A stretch of DNA of 64,000 nucleotides from Roseibacillus sp. (GCA_051251855.1 JBPOGI010000002.1:576001-640000), one strand, 5' to 3'. Shown: positions 50,748 through 60,853, counted from the stretch's first letter. Numbers and translations are program-made. The notes: generated by a model from the letters alone, not told the origin.

Positions 50748-52571
50748 ATGGGATTCCTGTTCTCTTTTTTCCTTATCGGTTCTTCTCTTTTAATGAGCAA
50801 AGATACCTTTGTTCCCATTCAAATGGATGAGGAGGTTCCCTCAAATGTGCCTGACCTTTGGAAGGGTTATGACCCGACGGTGGAGCCGTTGGATGTGGAG
50901 GTGGTGACTACTTTTGAAGAGGACGGGATTATCTGCAAATATGTTATCTATACGGTGGCTACGGTGAAGGGCGTTCCTTCGCGCATTGCTGCCTATTATA
51001 CTTATCCAAAAGGTGGGGAGAAGCTTCCGGCCTTTGTTTGGGCACATGGGGGAGGGCAGAAGGCGGATCGGTCTCGTGGTCTCTACTTTGCCAAGATGGG
51101 CTATGCTACTATCGATATCAATTGGAATGGGCGCGAGTTGGAACCGGGAATTGAGAAGAATACGGATTGGGGAATGGTCGACCCCTCGCAGGGAAAGCCA
51201 TTCTATGCGAAGGCTCCCCGCGAGAAGCGAAATCATGGAATGACTCCTGACGATTACAACATCGACCCGATGGTGAGTCCTCGGAATAAGTCTTGGTTCT
51301 TGCTTGCGGTAGCTGGGCGGCGGGCGATCACGTTTTTGGAACAGCAGCCGGAAGTGGATGCTGATAAGATTGGGTTCACTGGGTTTTCGATGGGAGGAAA
51401 TATTACGGCCTTTGTCGCGATTGATAGTCGGCTCAAGACGGTGGTGCCAGTAGTGGGTGGCACGGGTTTTCACTATGAAGAGATTCCCGGATATCCTCGA
51501 AAGAATCGAACTCGGCCGAATGGTGTTCTCGAAGATGCGACGATTGTGCCGCAGGTCTATTGGCCGCACGTCAAGATTCCAGTCTTGTTCATGAGTGGGA
51601 CGAACGACTTTCATGGGCGTATTGATTTCATGCAAAAGTGCGTGGATTTACTTCCACATGATGAGTGGAGCTTGTCACAGACGATGCACAATAATCACAA
51701 CCCAGGGAACCGGTCGTGGCTGGCGGTGGAGTATTGGTTCGACCAATATCTAAAAGGGCAAACTGCTCTCGTTCCAAAGACTCCCCAATCTGAACTCACT
51801 CAGAACTCGGAAACGGAGTGGACTTTTACTGTGACCCCGGACGCTGCGGAAAAGGTCAAGTCAGTGACTGTTTTTTACAGTTGGGATAGTGCGGTTTCCA
51901 ATCGCTACCACAAGCCGCTGATTCCAACTCAAGAGGGTGAGACCTGGTCGGCAACGATTCCCGCTCGAGCAGACTTGCCTCTCACGGTGTTTGCCAATGT
52001 TCACTATCAGACCCGTGATGGGGAATCAGAGGAGTCATTCACGGGGGTGGCCGATTGCTTTTCGGTGACCTCCCGATTTTATCGACAGATTCCTGAGAAT
52101 GTTCTTGAAGAAATCTATCAAGAGGAGGCCTCCAATCGAACTTTCGAACCGGTCTTTGCAGAGTTTCCGAAGGATAACGCAATGTGGGGAATTAGTAATC
52201 GCGACTTGAGCCTGCAGACCTATAAGTTCAATGACTTTGAGCTGAAGTTTCCTAAGGAAAGGAAGCTCAAGTTTGCGGTGGATCCGCAAGGAGGGAAAGT
52301 GGAACTCAAAGTCTACTTTAGCTCGCAGAAATATCGTGATGGCGAACGCAATGAGGGCAGCCGGATTACGATTAAGAAACGATTGACCGAACCGGGAGAT
52401 CTCGTGATCGCGTTGGAAGATTTGGTCTCAGCTGAGGGGGATCGCATCACCTCTTGGCATAATGTGGCCACGATGAAGGTTGTTCTGAGCGACTTTGGAG
52501 GTGGGGGCCCGATCGACCTGCTTGATTCTAAGGCGGAGCATTTGAAGAGGATTGAATGGGTTGATGAATAG
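50748..52571 (+). CDS. Alpha/beta hydrolase (dienelactone hydrolase / acetylxylan esterase-like) with C-terminal extension
   Basis: HGGGQ, QPEVDADKIG, GFSMGG nucleophile motif, GTNDFH, HNH. Confidence 0.8.
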   Translation: MGFLFSFFLIGSSLLMSKDTFVPIQMDEEVPSNVPDLWKGYDPTVEPLDVEVVTTFEEDGIICKYVIYTVATVKGVPSRIAAYYTYPKGGEKLPAFVWAHGGGQKADRSRGLYFAKMGYATIDINWNGRELEPGIEKNTDWGMVDPSQGKPFYAKAPREKRNHGMTPDDYNIDPMVSPRNKSWFLLAVAGRRAITFLEQQPEVDADKIGFTGFSMGGNITAFVAIDSRLKTVVPVVGGTGFHYEEIPGYPRKNRTRPNGVLEDATIVPQVYWPHVKIPVLFMSGTNDFHGRIDFMQKCVDLLPHDEWSLSQTMHNNHNPGNRSWLAVEYWFDQYLKGQTALVPKTPQSELTQNSETEWTFTVTPDAAEKVKSVTVFYSWDSAVSNRYHKPLIPTQEGETWSATIPARADLPLTVFANVHYQTRDGESEESFTGVADCFSVTSRFYRQIPENVLEEIYQEEASNRTFEPVFAEFPKDNAMWGISNRDLSLQTYKFNDFELKFPKERKLKFAVDPQGGKVELKVYFSSQKYRDGERNEGSRITIKKRLTEPGDLVIALEDLVSAEGDRITSWHNVATMKVVLSDFGGGGPIDLLDSKAEHLKRIEWVDE

Positions 52572-52591
52572 GGAGCCTCAGGCTTCCTATT
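52567..52591. terminator. Hairpin between convergent genes
   Basis: AATAGGGAGCC-tca-GGCTTCCTATT. Confidence 0.5.
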
Positions 52592-52610
52592 TCGAGAGAT
52601 ACTCTCAACG

Positions 52611-55493
52611 TTAGTTCTTGGGAGGGACGGTGACTTTGAGTGCTTTGAGAACCAGTTGGGAGAGTAAGCGATTGCCTTTCTCGTTCATGTGAACTTTGTC
52701 TCTGGTGAAGATGCCCTCGGTGGCCTGTTGAGGATTCTGATTTTTGAGTTGGTTGAGGAATGATTTCCGCAGGTCGAGGAGTTGGGAATTGGTTTCGCGG
52801 GCGACTTTCCGGCTGATGTCGGCGTATTGGTCGAGCATTTCATCGTCAGGGTTTGAACCATCGGATTTCTCGCCGATGACGGTGGGGGTGCAGAGGATGA
52901 CGCGAGCCCCAGCCTTGTTGATTTGGGCGATCATGTCTTTGAGGCCGTTTTCGAAATTTTTCGGAGTGGTTCCCTTTCTTCCGCGGGCCACGACCTTGGG
53001 ATGAGTCCAATGCCAGACGTCGTTGATGCCGATATAGATGAAGACGATGGTGGGTTTTTTCTGGAGAACGTCTTTGTCGAGGCGTCGCTGACAGTCCGGA
53101 ACTTTATGCCCACCGACGCCGGCTCCGATGAGTTCGATATTGAGGTCGGGGTGAGCTTTGGCAATGGCTTGGGAAGAGATAGCGATATAGCCACCTTCGC
53201 GGGGACCCTCGGCGGTGATGGAGTCTCCGAGGAAGATGATTCGATCGTTTTTTTGCAGTGTCCCTTTGTTAGGGTTGAATGTCTGATTGCTAATTCGCTT
53301 GTCGGCGCCGGTGGTTTTTCTGTTGTTGTTAGTTTCGAAGTTGTTGCGGAAGGAGTCGAGGGATTGGTCGTAGTCGATGTCGGGAACGATCCAGAGGTTA
53401 CGGAAGGAAACACCGGTGCCTTTATGGTCTTGGATCATGAGGGGACGTTTGCCGTGTTTTTGATAAGGCTTCCCAACTTCACCATAGGTCCAGGCGTCGT
53501 TGTGAATGAGGATGCCGTTGTGATACATGGTGACCCGGAGGGGTTCTTTGAGACTGCCATCGTCGTGAAACTCGGGGGCCTTGTAGAGGATGTCGTAGGA
53601 CTGCCATTCGCCGGGTTTCCGACAGGCATTGGCTTGGGGGGGATGTTGACCGTAGATTGAGCCGCAGTGGCCATCGGCAAAGGTGGGGTTTTGGTAGCTG
53701 TTGACGACTTGAAGTTCGTAGCCGGACTGGAGGAAGACGCCGGTGTTGCCGTAGAGTTGTCCGGTCCACTGGGGGTCGTTAGAGGGGTCGAACCGGAATT
53801 CCAGATGAAGACGAGCGGAGCCGTAGGATTGTTTGGTGGCGTTGTTTCCCTTGCTGCGCGGCACTACGCCATCGTCATCGAATTTCCAGTTGGGGTTGGT
53901 CCATTGGGAGGCATCAAGGAGGGTGGCATTGGCGGGCATGGGGACGGCGCAATCTTTTTCCGGAAGAGGAGTGACCACGGGTGGGAGGGGGCGGGTCTTG
54001 TCGTTGCGAACCCAACCGGAGCCGACGAGCTGAATAGCGTGAGCTTTCTTTTCGCGCGCCTCTTTCGCGGGGAGAAGTTTGTTGGCGGTGTAGTAGATGG
54101 TGTCAAAATCGAGGGGCTGGGAGTCACCGTTTTGTTGCTCGGGGAATTGGATGGCATAGACTTTTCCGGCAGTGAGTGGGACGTCAAAGGTGACGGTCTT
54201 CCCATCCTCCGAGAGTTGGTAGTTGGTGACGGGGATTTCTTTTTCATCCACCATGGGGGAGCCGTAGGTGCTGTAGTAGTGGTAGTGATAATTCCTGACC
54301 TTGGGGGTGACTTCCTGCCCGAGCGGTTGGGTGAAAGTGACGGAGAATCCGGTCTTGGTGAGCTGGGTGGAGTGGATCGCAAAGGGGGTAGTTTTGCCAT
54401 CCCACTCCGCATACTGGAGGGCGGTGCGCTTACCACCGGCGCTGAACCAACCGCGCCCGACTTGAGCGGACCAGAGGCGGCCTTGTTGGTCGAACGAGAG
54501 TTTTACGCCGCCGGAACTGGTGCCGCGAAGGAAGTCGACGCACCAGCCTTGCAGGTCGCCATCTACTTTTTGAAGGCCGCAGCGGAAGTAGTTCGATTGG
54601 CGCTGGTCGGTGAGGAAGATTTGATTTTGAAAGGGGCCGAATTTTCCTCCGGTGGTATCCCAAACGGGGCTGCCGGGTGAGTTGGCAATGGCTTCGCGAG
54701 GGAACCAGATGGCGGGAGGGGTGCGGAGCTTGTCGAAGTCGGCTGCTTTCAGGGAAAGGACTCTTTCTTTCGTGAAATCAGGGCGCGCTGGAAGGGAGGC
54801 AGGGTGTCCGTAGAAGTTGCCCTCGCGGACGTGGAAGAGACAGCAGTCGGCCACCCAATCACCTTGGTTGTCGGTGATGAAAAGTTGGTCGTCGGGGCTC
54901 ATGCCGATGCCACAGGGGGACCGGAATCCAGAGGCGAAGGGTTGGAAGTGGCCACGGCGATCGGAGCGGTAGACCCAGCCGCGCCAAGGGGCGGTGTAGG
55001 CCATGTTACCTCCGCCTTTCCCTTTTTCTTTACCATCGGGAACGATGAAGTCGCCACGGGCCGCGAGGTTGAGAGAGGCATACTTGCGCCCGAGCGAATC
55101 GACGACGGGACCATAGTGATACTCATGGTATTCCCCGGAGATTCCGAAGGCATCAGTGATGCATTCGTAGCGATCGCAGATGCCGTCCTTGTTGCTGTCA
55201 ATGAGGCGGGTGAGTTCGGGTTTCTGCGCGACGTAGTAGGCTTCTTCTTTGGGGTCAAAGTAGATGCCGTTGGGTTCCATGAGGTTCTCCGCGAACTTGC
55301 TCCAGGTCTTGTTTTGATATTCCCAGACTTCGCCTTCCCAAGAGACGACGGCGAGGGTGCCATCAGGCTTGTGGCAAAGGCCAAGCACGGTGACGGCTCC
55401 TTTGGGAAGGGGAACGGTGGTGAGTTGATAGCCTGCGGGAATTTGGGCGGTGAGGACGCTCGCGAGAGCGAAGAACAGAAAAAGGAATTTCAT
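52611..55493 (-). CDS. Secreted multidomain protein: beta-propeller + DUF1080 (3-keto-glycoside hydrolase-like) + SGNH/GDSL esterase
   Basis: Propeller (YHEYHYG, SGFRSPCG, TDNQGDW); DUF1080 (LHLEF, GNTGVFLQ..YELQV, GSIYG, PGEWQSYDI, IQDH...VSFRNLW); SGNH (FLGDSIT, GIND, DKVH). Confidence 0.82.
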   Translation of the reverse strand: MKFLFLFFALASVLTAQIPAGYQLTTVPLPKGAVTVLGLCHKPDGTLAVVSWEGEVWEYQNKTWSKFAENLMEPNGIYFDPKEEAYYVAQKPELTRLIDSNKDGICDRYECITDAFGISGEYHEYHYGPVVDSLGRKYASLNLAARGDFIVPDGKEKGKGGGNMAYTAPWRGWVYRSDRRGHFQPFASGFRSPCGIGMSPDDQLFITDNQGDWVADCCLFHVREGNFYGHPASLPARPDFTKERVLSLKAADFDKLRTPPAIWFPREAIANSPGSPVWDTTGGKFGPFQNQIFLTDQRQSNYFRCGLQKVDGDLQGWCVDFLRGTSSGGVKLSFDQQGRLWSAQVGRGWFSAGGKRTALQYAEWDGKTTPFAIHSTQLTKTGFSVTFTQPLGQEVTPKVRNYHYHYYSTYGSPMVDEKEIPVTNYQLSEDGKTVTFDVPLTAGKVYAIQFPEQQNGDSQPLDFDTIYYTANKLLPAKEAREKKAHAIQLVGSGWVRNDKTRPLPPVVTPLPEKDCAVPMPANATLLDASQWTNPNWKFDDDGVVPRSKGNNATKQSYGSARLHLEFRFDPSNDPQWTGQLYGNTGVFLQSGYELQVVNSYQNPTFADGHCGSIYGQHPPQANACRKPGEWQSYDILYKAPEFHDDGSLKEPLRVTMYHNGILIHNDAWTYGEVGKPYQKHGKRPLMIQDHKGTGVSFRNLWIVPDIDYDQSLDSFRNNFETNNNRKTTGADKRISNQTFNPNKGTLQKNDRIIFLGDSITAEGPREGGYIAISSQAIAKAHPDLNIELIGAGVGGHKVPDCQRRLDKDVLQKKPTIVFIYIGINDVWHWTHPKVVARGRKGTTPKNFENGLKDMIAQINKAGARVILCTPTVIGEKSDGSNPDDEMLDQYADISRKVARETNSQLLDLRKSFLNQLKNQNPQQATEGIFTRDKVHMNEKGNRLLSQLVLKALKVTVPPKN

Positions 55494-55505
55494 GGAGAGA
55501 GAAGA

Positions 55506-56612
55506 TTAGTTGGCGGAAATGGTGAAGGCAGATTCGCCATCAGGTGCGATGGTGACGGTCATCGGCTTGCCATCGACGAGGGAGTGAATGAGGGCGGATT
55601 TCCCCTTGGATTCGTAGGCGATGAACTGGGTGTTCGGGGACTTGAAAAGGGGGCGGGCACTTGCGGGGATTTCGGTGCCATTGATTTCGGAAGGCTTTTG
55701 GCTGCGATCCGGAAGGGAAGGGGTTTGGTTGATCTCGGCAGAGTGCCAGGCATTGAGGACGGAGCCGTCGACCGGGTTGTAGGCGACAATGACTTTGTTC
55801 GGCAGCAGGCAAAGAAGAGCGCGTGGAGGTAGTTCTCTGATCCACTTGCGGACGATCTTGGCTTCGGGGCCTGCGGCGATCACTTTAGGGATGTTTCCTT
55901 GCAGGCTTCGTCCGGTGAGGGGGAAACTGATTCCTCCGGGTCCATTCAAGGTGGCGTGGAATCGGTAAGAGTGACTCTTCGGCTCATTGTGAAGAATTTC
56001 GAAGGAATAGACGCCGGGATCGAGATCGAGGGTTTGGTTGAGCTCCTGATCTTTGGCGTCCGAGTAGTGAACTTCCTTCCCCTCAAAATAGACCGCGGTG
56101 CGGCCGAGACGGCGGATGCTAAAGTGATAGGAACCGGCTTTGCGGATGTGGACCTTGGCCGTGACTCGAATGACTCCGATGGCATTTCGCTTCATATAAA
56201 TCCAGTTTTCCGGAAGGTGAGTCTGGGAAGTGGATTCGACGGTTGTGAAGAGCTCTGGGGCGAGGCGTTTTCCAGCGAAAAATTTAGGAGGGTAGATGGA
56301 GCGCACCATTTCACGAACTCCTTCCTGCTTCGAGAGCAGGAAATCACGTAGCGACAGGCGGTCAGCTTCGGGGAAGACGTCCTTGTATCCGATCATTTCC
56401 GACCCTTCGACGCCATGGTTGATGACGTCAAGAATGGCCTCTGGCGACGAGCCATGATGCCAGTAAGCGTCTGTGAGTGAGGGGCCAATGCCTCCTTCAA
56501 GATGGGGGCCGTGGCAGGTGAAACAAAGCTGGTTGTAGATGACCTCTCCCCGAGCGGGATCGGCCTGGGTCAGGCTTGTTGAGAGAAGGAGTGGGGCGAG
56601 GAGCCATTTCAT
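55506..56612 (-). CDS. Secreted c-type cytochrome with PA14-like beta-sandwich
   Basis: Signal peptide; CFTCHG..LEGGIGPSLTD..W.HG; distal Met (SEM); downstream GSYHF...LDPGVYSFEILH. Start set at 56612. Confidence 0.75.
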   Translation of the reverse strand: MKWLLAPLLLSTSLTQADPARGEVIYNQLCFTCHGPHLEGGIGPSLTDAYWHHGSSPEAILDVINHGVEGSEMIGYKDVFPEADRLSLRDFLLSKQEGVREMVRSIYPPKFFAGKRLAPELFTTVESTSQTHLPENWIYMKRNAIGVIRVTAKVHIRKAGSYHFSIRRLGRTAVYFEGKEVHYSDAKDQELNQTLDLDPGVYSFEILHNEPKSHSYRFHATLNGPGGISFPLTGRSLQGNIPKVIAAGPEAKIVRKWIRELPPRALLCLLPNKVIVAYNPVDGSVLNAWHSAEINQTPSLPDRSQKPSEINGTEIPASARPLFKSPNTQFIAYESKGKSALIHSLVDGKPMTVTIAPDGESAFTISAN

Positions 56613-56690
56613 GAGAATAACTCTACGCAGGGAGGTCGGTAAGAATATCTTCATTTTAGGGGAGAGATGAGGGCTGAGCTGATTTAGCCG

Positions 56691-59405
56691 CTAAATCTGG
56701 TTGGAGAGGACGTTTGTTAGGAAGTTTTCTTTGCGAACTTCCCATTCGGCGAGGCTGAGTGGAAGGAGGCTGAGTCCGGCTCGTTTGAGGAGGAGGGTCT
56801 TCTCGATAGAGACGACGTTACCGAGGCTGTCGGGAGTTCCGACAAGGTCGATGCCCAGCAGCCTCTCTTCTTTCTTGAAGAGGAGATCGACTTGCATTCC
56901 GGCGACTTCGATTTCGGATTCGATCAGGTTCCAGCCAGCGGATTCGAAGCGAGGAAGGAGGTCGTTGGGGAGGTGGGGAGGTTGGGTTCTCTTTCTTGTT
57001 CTTTTCTCGTCGGTGGCATGGAGGAGGTAGGCGCAAAGGAGAGAGTCGACCGGAAGCTCACCTGCGGTGAGGGAAGTGAAGAGTTGAATCTGGTGGCGGG
57101 CTCGAGTGATGGAGACGTTGAAGACATCGGGCCGCTCTAAAAAACGACGGGCGGCGGAGGGGCTTTGAGCATCGATGGCAAGAGAGATGAACATGGTGTC
57201 GCGTTCCGCGCCTTGGAAGGAATGGGCGGTGCCGGCGATGAGGTGGTGGTCATGCAGAAGACGTTGCTGTTGGGTGGGGGTGAGCTCTTCTTGCAGTCGC
57301 TTTTGGAAGGAGTCGACTTGAGCGCGGAAGGGAGAAAGAAAACCGACCGAGAGGGGGCTCTGCCCGTCACATTGGACGAGGAGATTGCGAAGGCTTTCCA
57401 AGACCGCGGTGATTTCCAATTCGTTTATGCCTTCCTTGTCTCGAGTGCCGGAAATGTGGTTGGTGATGAGGGCGGGTTCGCTTCTTGTTTGGCTAAGAGT
57501 TTCCACTTCGCGCATGCAGTGGAGATTGCCGTGGTAGAAGTGTTGGTTAGAAAAGGAGATGAGCTGGGGAAGAGAGCGAAAGTGTTCGTCGAGAAAGGTG
57601 AGGGCCGGGGAGCCGGAGGTGATTGATATGGCTCGGTCGAGAAAAGAGACTTTACGAAAGTCGTATTGTTCGCGAGTGGTCGCGGAGAGGGCATGTTTTT
57701 GACCCAAGTTATCGAGTCGATCTTTGGAGAGGAAGGAGAGGTGGCGAAGTTGTTGGGGGTCACCGGTGATGAAGGCACGGTTGCCGCGATAGAGAATGGG
57801 GAGGGCGGAGGCGAGGTCGCATTGGGTGGCTTCGTCGATGATCACGACGTCAAAGACCGCAGGCTTGAGAGGGAGCACGCGATGAATATCGTCCGTGGTG
57901 GTGACCCAGATGGGGAGGTAGTTGACGAGCGCTCGGAGGTCGAGGTCGAGAAGTTCGCGCTCTTGTGAGGCGGGGATTCGTCTGCCAATGGCTTCGCGAT
58001 AGCGCTTGAGAGTGTCGCGCGAGTGGAGGTTTTTGAGATGTTTGTGCAGGTGCTGCTGATGGGTCTGAGCATTGAAGGCGTCGAGGAGCTTCAGGCGATT
58101 GCCCTGCGTCGCGATGATGTCGGTGACGAGTTTTGAGAGAAGGGGGGCGTTTTTGAGGGATTGGTGGTGATTCCAGCGGCGGACTTTTTGCCAAAGTCCA
58201 GTGGGAGGGATTTGGAAAAGGGAAGCTGCTTTGAATTCCTTTGAGAGGCGTTTTGAGAGCTTGTGGCGAAGACGGGCGAGTTCCTTGTTGGGGCCACGAA
58301 GACTGATTTTGGGCAAGCCTGGTGGAGCTGTTTGGGTTGGGTTGGTGGCAAGGAGTTGGTCGAGGAGGCTTTTGAGTTTTCGGAGATGCTTTTTGCGGCC
58401 GGCTCGAATGACGAGTTGGCTGCGTGGAATGAACTCGGAGATTTTCGACTCGATGACGGCAGCGGCTTCTTCAGAGCGGCAGGCGATGAGGACGGAGTGT
58501 CCGCGTGCGACTTGGTCCAAGGCGGTGGCGGAGATGGTGAAGGATTTTCCAGTGCCGGGAGGGCCGTGACAGACGGTGAGGGGTTGGGAGTTGGCCGACT
58601 TGAGCAGTTGGCGTTGAGCGGGACTGAGAAAGGCGGGGGCAAAGTCTTCCTCTGAGACGGGTTTGGAGTCGGGAGCTTCTAAGATGGGTTGACCCAAGAG
58701 GGCGCGCATCGCTGGGGGGAATTTTTCTACCGGTTGGGTGAGGAGTTCTTCGAGTTCGTGAAGAAGACCTGCCACGTTCTTGGACTTCTCTGCTAAGATG
58801 ATGGCTGAGGCTGGGAGGAGAGCGGGGCCCTTTTTCGCCTGACTGGAGGAGATGTCGGTGGAGCTAAGAAGTTGGGGAAAGGCATCAAAAGGAGAGAGGT
58901 CGAGCCCAGGAATGTGCTGGGCTAGGTCTTTGGCGATGAGGCCGGGGGTTGCGAGGTTGAGTTCGCCGGTAGGAATGAGAGAGAGGATCTCGTTTTCAAA
59001 AGAAGGAGGGAGATCGAAGAGATTGCTTAGAGCTGGATTGAGGCTTACTCGGGTGTAATCGATGCGAAGCTCGGGCTCTTTTTCATTCCCCTCAATTTCG
59101 ATGGGGTAGAGCAAGACGGGGGTGTGGATGGCCTTGTCTTGGTAGCGCGAGGCGATGACGATGGTGCTGTAAAAAAGCTCGGTGTCGCGCTGGAGGAGTC
59201 CTGCGGTGGTGGCGAGGACGGAGAGGTCGGATGGGGGAAGGTCGATAGATCCAAACTCGCTAAAGAGAGCTTTTTCTTCCCCTTTGATGATGCGGCGGGT
59301 GCGGATTTTGGAGGCGAAAAGAGAGGGGATACCAGAGCGAGCGCGTTCCTCGGCGAGGCAATCGCGAAGGTAGGCGAGAAGAGCTTTGGGGTCGGGTGCG
59401 TCGAT
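56691..59405 (-). CDS. Superfamily 1 (DNA2/NAM7/Upf1-like) helicase with degenerate C-terminal nuclease-like domain; start anomalous
   Basis: HGPPGTGKS, DEATQ, GDPQQL, LDEHFRS, SPFRAQ, FQGAERD, FNVSITRAR. The frame stays open about 97 codons upstream of the TTG at 59114, to an ATC at 59405. Confidence 0.85.
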   Translation of the reverse strand: MDAPDPKALLAYLRDCLAEERARSGIPSLFASKIRTRRIIKGEEKALFSEFGSIDLPPSDLSVLATTAGLLQRDTELFYSTIVIASRYQDKAIHTPVLLYPIEIEGNEKEPELRIDYTRVSLNPALSNLFDLPPSFENEILSLIPTGELNLATPGLIAKDLAQHIPGLDLSPFDAFPQLLSSTDISSSQAKKGPALLPASAIILAEKSKNVAGLLHELEELLTQPVEKFPPAMRALLGQPILEAPDSKPVSEEDFAPAFLSPAQRQLLKSANSQPLTVCHGPPGTGKSFTISATALDQVARGHSVLIACRSEEAAAVIESKISEFIPRSQLVIRAGRKKHLRKLKSLLDQLLATNPTQTAPPGLPKISLRGPNKELARLRHKLSKRLSKEFKAASLFQIPPTGLWQKVRRWNHHQSLKNAPLLSKLVTDIIATQGNRLKLLDAFNAQTHQQHLHKHLKNLHSRDTLKRYREAIGRRIPASQERELLDLDLRALVNYLPIWVTTTDDIHRVLPLKPAVFDVVIIDEATQCDLASALPILYRGNRAFITGDPQQLRHLSFLSKDRLDNLGQKHALSATTREQYDFRKVSFLDRAISITSGSPALTFLDEHFRSLPQLISFSNQHFYHGNLHCMREVETLSQTRSEPALITNHISGTRDKEGINELEITAVLESLRNLLVQCDGQSPLSVGFLSPFRAQVDSFQKRLQEELTPTQQQRLLHDHHLIAGTAHSFQGAERDTMFISLAIDAQSPSAARRFLERPDVFNVSITRARHQIQLFTSLTAGELPVDSLLCAYLLHATDEKRTRKRTQPPHLPNDLLPRFESAGWNLIESEIEVAGMQVDLLFKKEERLLGIDLVGTPDSLGNVVSIEKTLLLKRAGLSLLPLSLAEWEVRKENFLTNVLSNQI

Positions 59406-59452
59406 GGGTGCCTTTTAGCTTTTGGGAGGGATTCGGGAAATGAGGAAATCGT

Positions 59453-60094
59453 TCATTTCTCCCCTGTAGCGATCTGGCGGAAGGTGAGGTTGACCCTGGG
59501 GGTGGTGACCTTCTTTGTTTTTGGGATTTGATGGTGCCAGTGAGTCTGGGTTGCGCCGGCCATGATGAGGAGGCTGCCGTGTTCGAGGAAGACGGAGGCT
59601 TTTTCGCGGCTTTGTTTGTGACGGAAGTCAAAGCGGCGTTCGGCTCCGAAGCTGACGGAGGCGATGTTGGCGTCGGGGTTCAGTTCTTTTTCGTCGTCGC
59701 TGTGCCATCCCATTCCTTGGTCGCCATCGGCATAGAGATTGAGGAGGCAGGAGTTGTAGCGGGAGCCTGAAGCTTCTTCGACGGCGTTCTTGATGGTGAG
59801 CAAGTCTGGAGTCCAGATTTTGGCGGTGTGGGTGTTGCCGGAATAGCGGTAGTCGAAGTCGCGGTCGCCATACCAAGCCATCTGGCGGGCGGTGATGATG
59901 CGCTTGCCAAATATCACGGTTTCGTCGTGTTGCCAAGGGATGCTGGTGAGGAGGGTTTGAAGGTGGGAGTCGGCGGCTTCTATGGGGAAAATGACTCCGT
60001 GATAGGTGGTTTCGCCGTCTTTGGGGAGGACTGGGTACGGTGGAGTGTTCTCAGGGGAGTCGAGGTCGAGTTGGAATTGGTCTGAATTGCTCAT
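59453..60094 (-). CDS. alkB: AlkB-family 2OG-Fe(II) dioxygenase (ALKBH2/3-like)
   Basis: NSCLLNLY, MGWHSDDE, IASVSFGAERRF, HQIPK, RVNLTFR. Start set at the ATG at 60094. Confidence 0.92.
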   Translation of the reverse strand: MSNSDQFQLDLDSPENTPPYPVLPKDGETTYHGVIFPIEAADSHLQTLLTSIPWQHDETVIFGKRIITARQMAWYGDRDFDYRYSGNTHTAKIWTPDLLTIKNAVEEASGSRYNSCLLNLYADGDQGMGWHSDDEKELNPDANIASVSFGAERRFDFRHKQSREKASVFLEHGSLLIMAGATQTHWHHQIPKTKKVTTPRVNLTFRQIATGEK

Positions 60095-60147
60095 TGGTTC
60101 GTGGCAGCAGGGCCGGTCAAAGACCGGCGCTCCCAGTGGTCGGTTCT

Positions 60148-60810
60148 CTACTCGTCTTGGTAGATGGTAGGGTCTGTTAGTTGCGCGAGGGCGAAGGCTT
60201 CTTTGCGTTCGACGCAGGTTCCGCATTTTCCGCAGTGGGTTTCGCCGCCTTTGTAACAGGACCAGGTGTGGGTGTAGTCGACGGCGAGTTCGGCGCCGCG
60301 TTGGGCGATGTCTTCTTTGCGGATATCGACAAAAGGGCGGAGGACGGTGACGTCGGCGTAGGTGCCTGCGGAAATGGCTTGCGACATGGGAGCGAGGAAG
60401 TCTTCGCGGCAATCGGGGTAGATGGCGTGGTCTCCGGAATGCGCGGCAATGACGAGTCCTTCGGCACCGACGCTTTCGGCAAAGCCGGCCGCGACAGAGA
60501 GGAGGATGCCGTTGCGGAAGGGGACGACGGTGCTTTTCATATTTTCTTCTTCGTAGTGGCCTTCGGGGATGTCGCCACCGGATTTGAGAAGGTCGCTTTG
60601 GAAGAGGTCATCCATGAAGGTGAGGTCGGCGCGCTGGAAGGGAACGCCTGCTTTCTCGGCCTGCCATTGGGCCATGGGGAGTTCCTTGGCGTTGTGCTTG
60701 GAGGCGTAGTCGATGCCGAGGCAGGCGACCACTTCGTGGCCTTCGGCGAGAGTGTGCCAGAGAGCGACGGTGGAATCCATGCCTCCAGAGAGAAGGATGA
60801 TTGTTTTCAT
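60148..60810 (-). CDS. queC: 7-cyano-7-deazaguanine synthase
   Basis: LSGGMDS, VPFRNGILLS, YPDCR, TWSCY.....HCGKCGTCVER. Confidence 0.96.
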   Translation of the reverse strand: MKTIILLSGGMDSTVALWHTLAEGHEVVACLGIDYASKHNAKELPMAQWQAEKAGVPFQRADLTFMDDLFQSDLLKSGGDIPEGHYEEENMKSTVVPFRNGILLSVAAGFAESVGAEGLVIAAHSGDHAIYPDCREDFLAPMSQAISAGTYADVTVLRPFVDIRKEDIAQRGAELAVDYTHTWSCYKGGETHCGKCGTCVERKEAFALAQLTDPTIYQDE

Positions 60811-60853
60811 GGGCCTAATTTGCGGCTCTGAGGGGCGTTTGCAAGTGTGGGTT

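Noticed and set aside
60095..60412. N-terminal extension of the alkB ORF
   Set aside because: Arg-rich shadow overlapping queC; the ATG at 60094 gives a normal-length protein.
60811..60853. preQ1 riboswitch upstream of queC
   Set aside because: The 43-nt gap is filled by a promoter-like element; no aptamer pattern.
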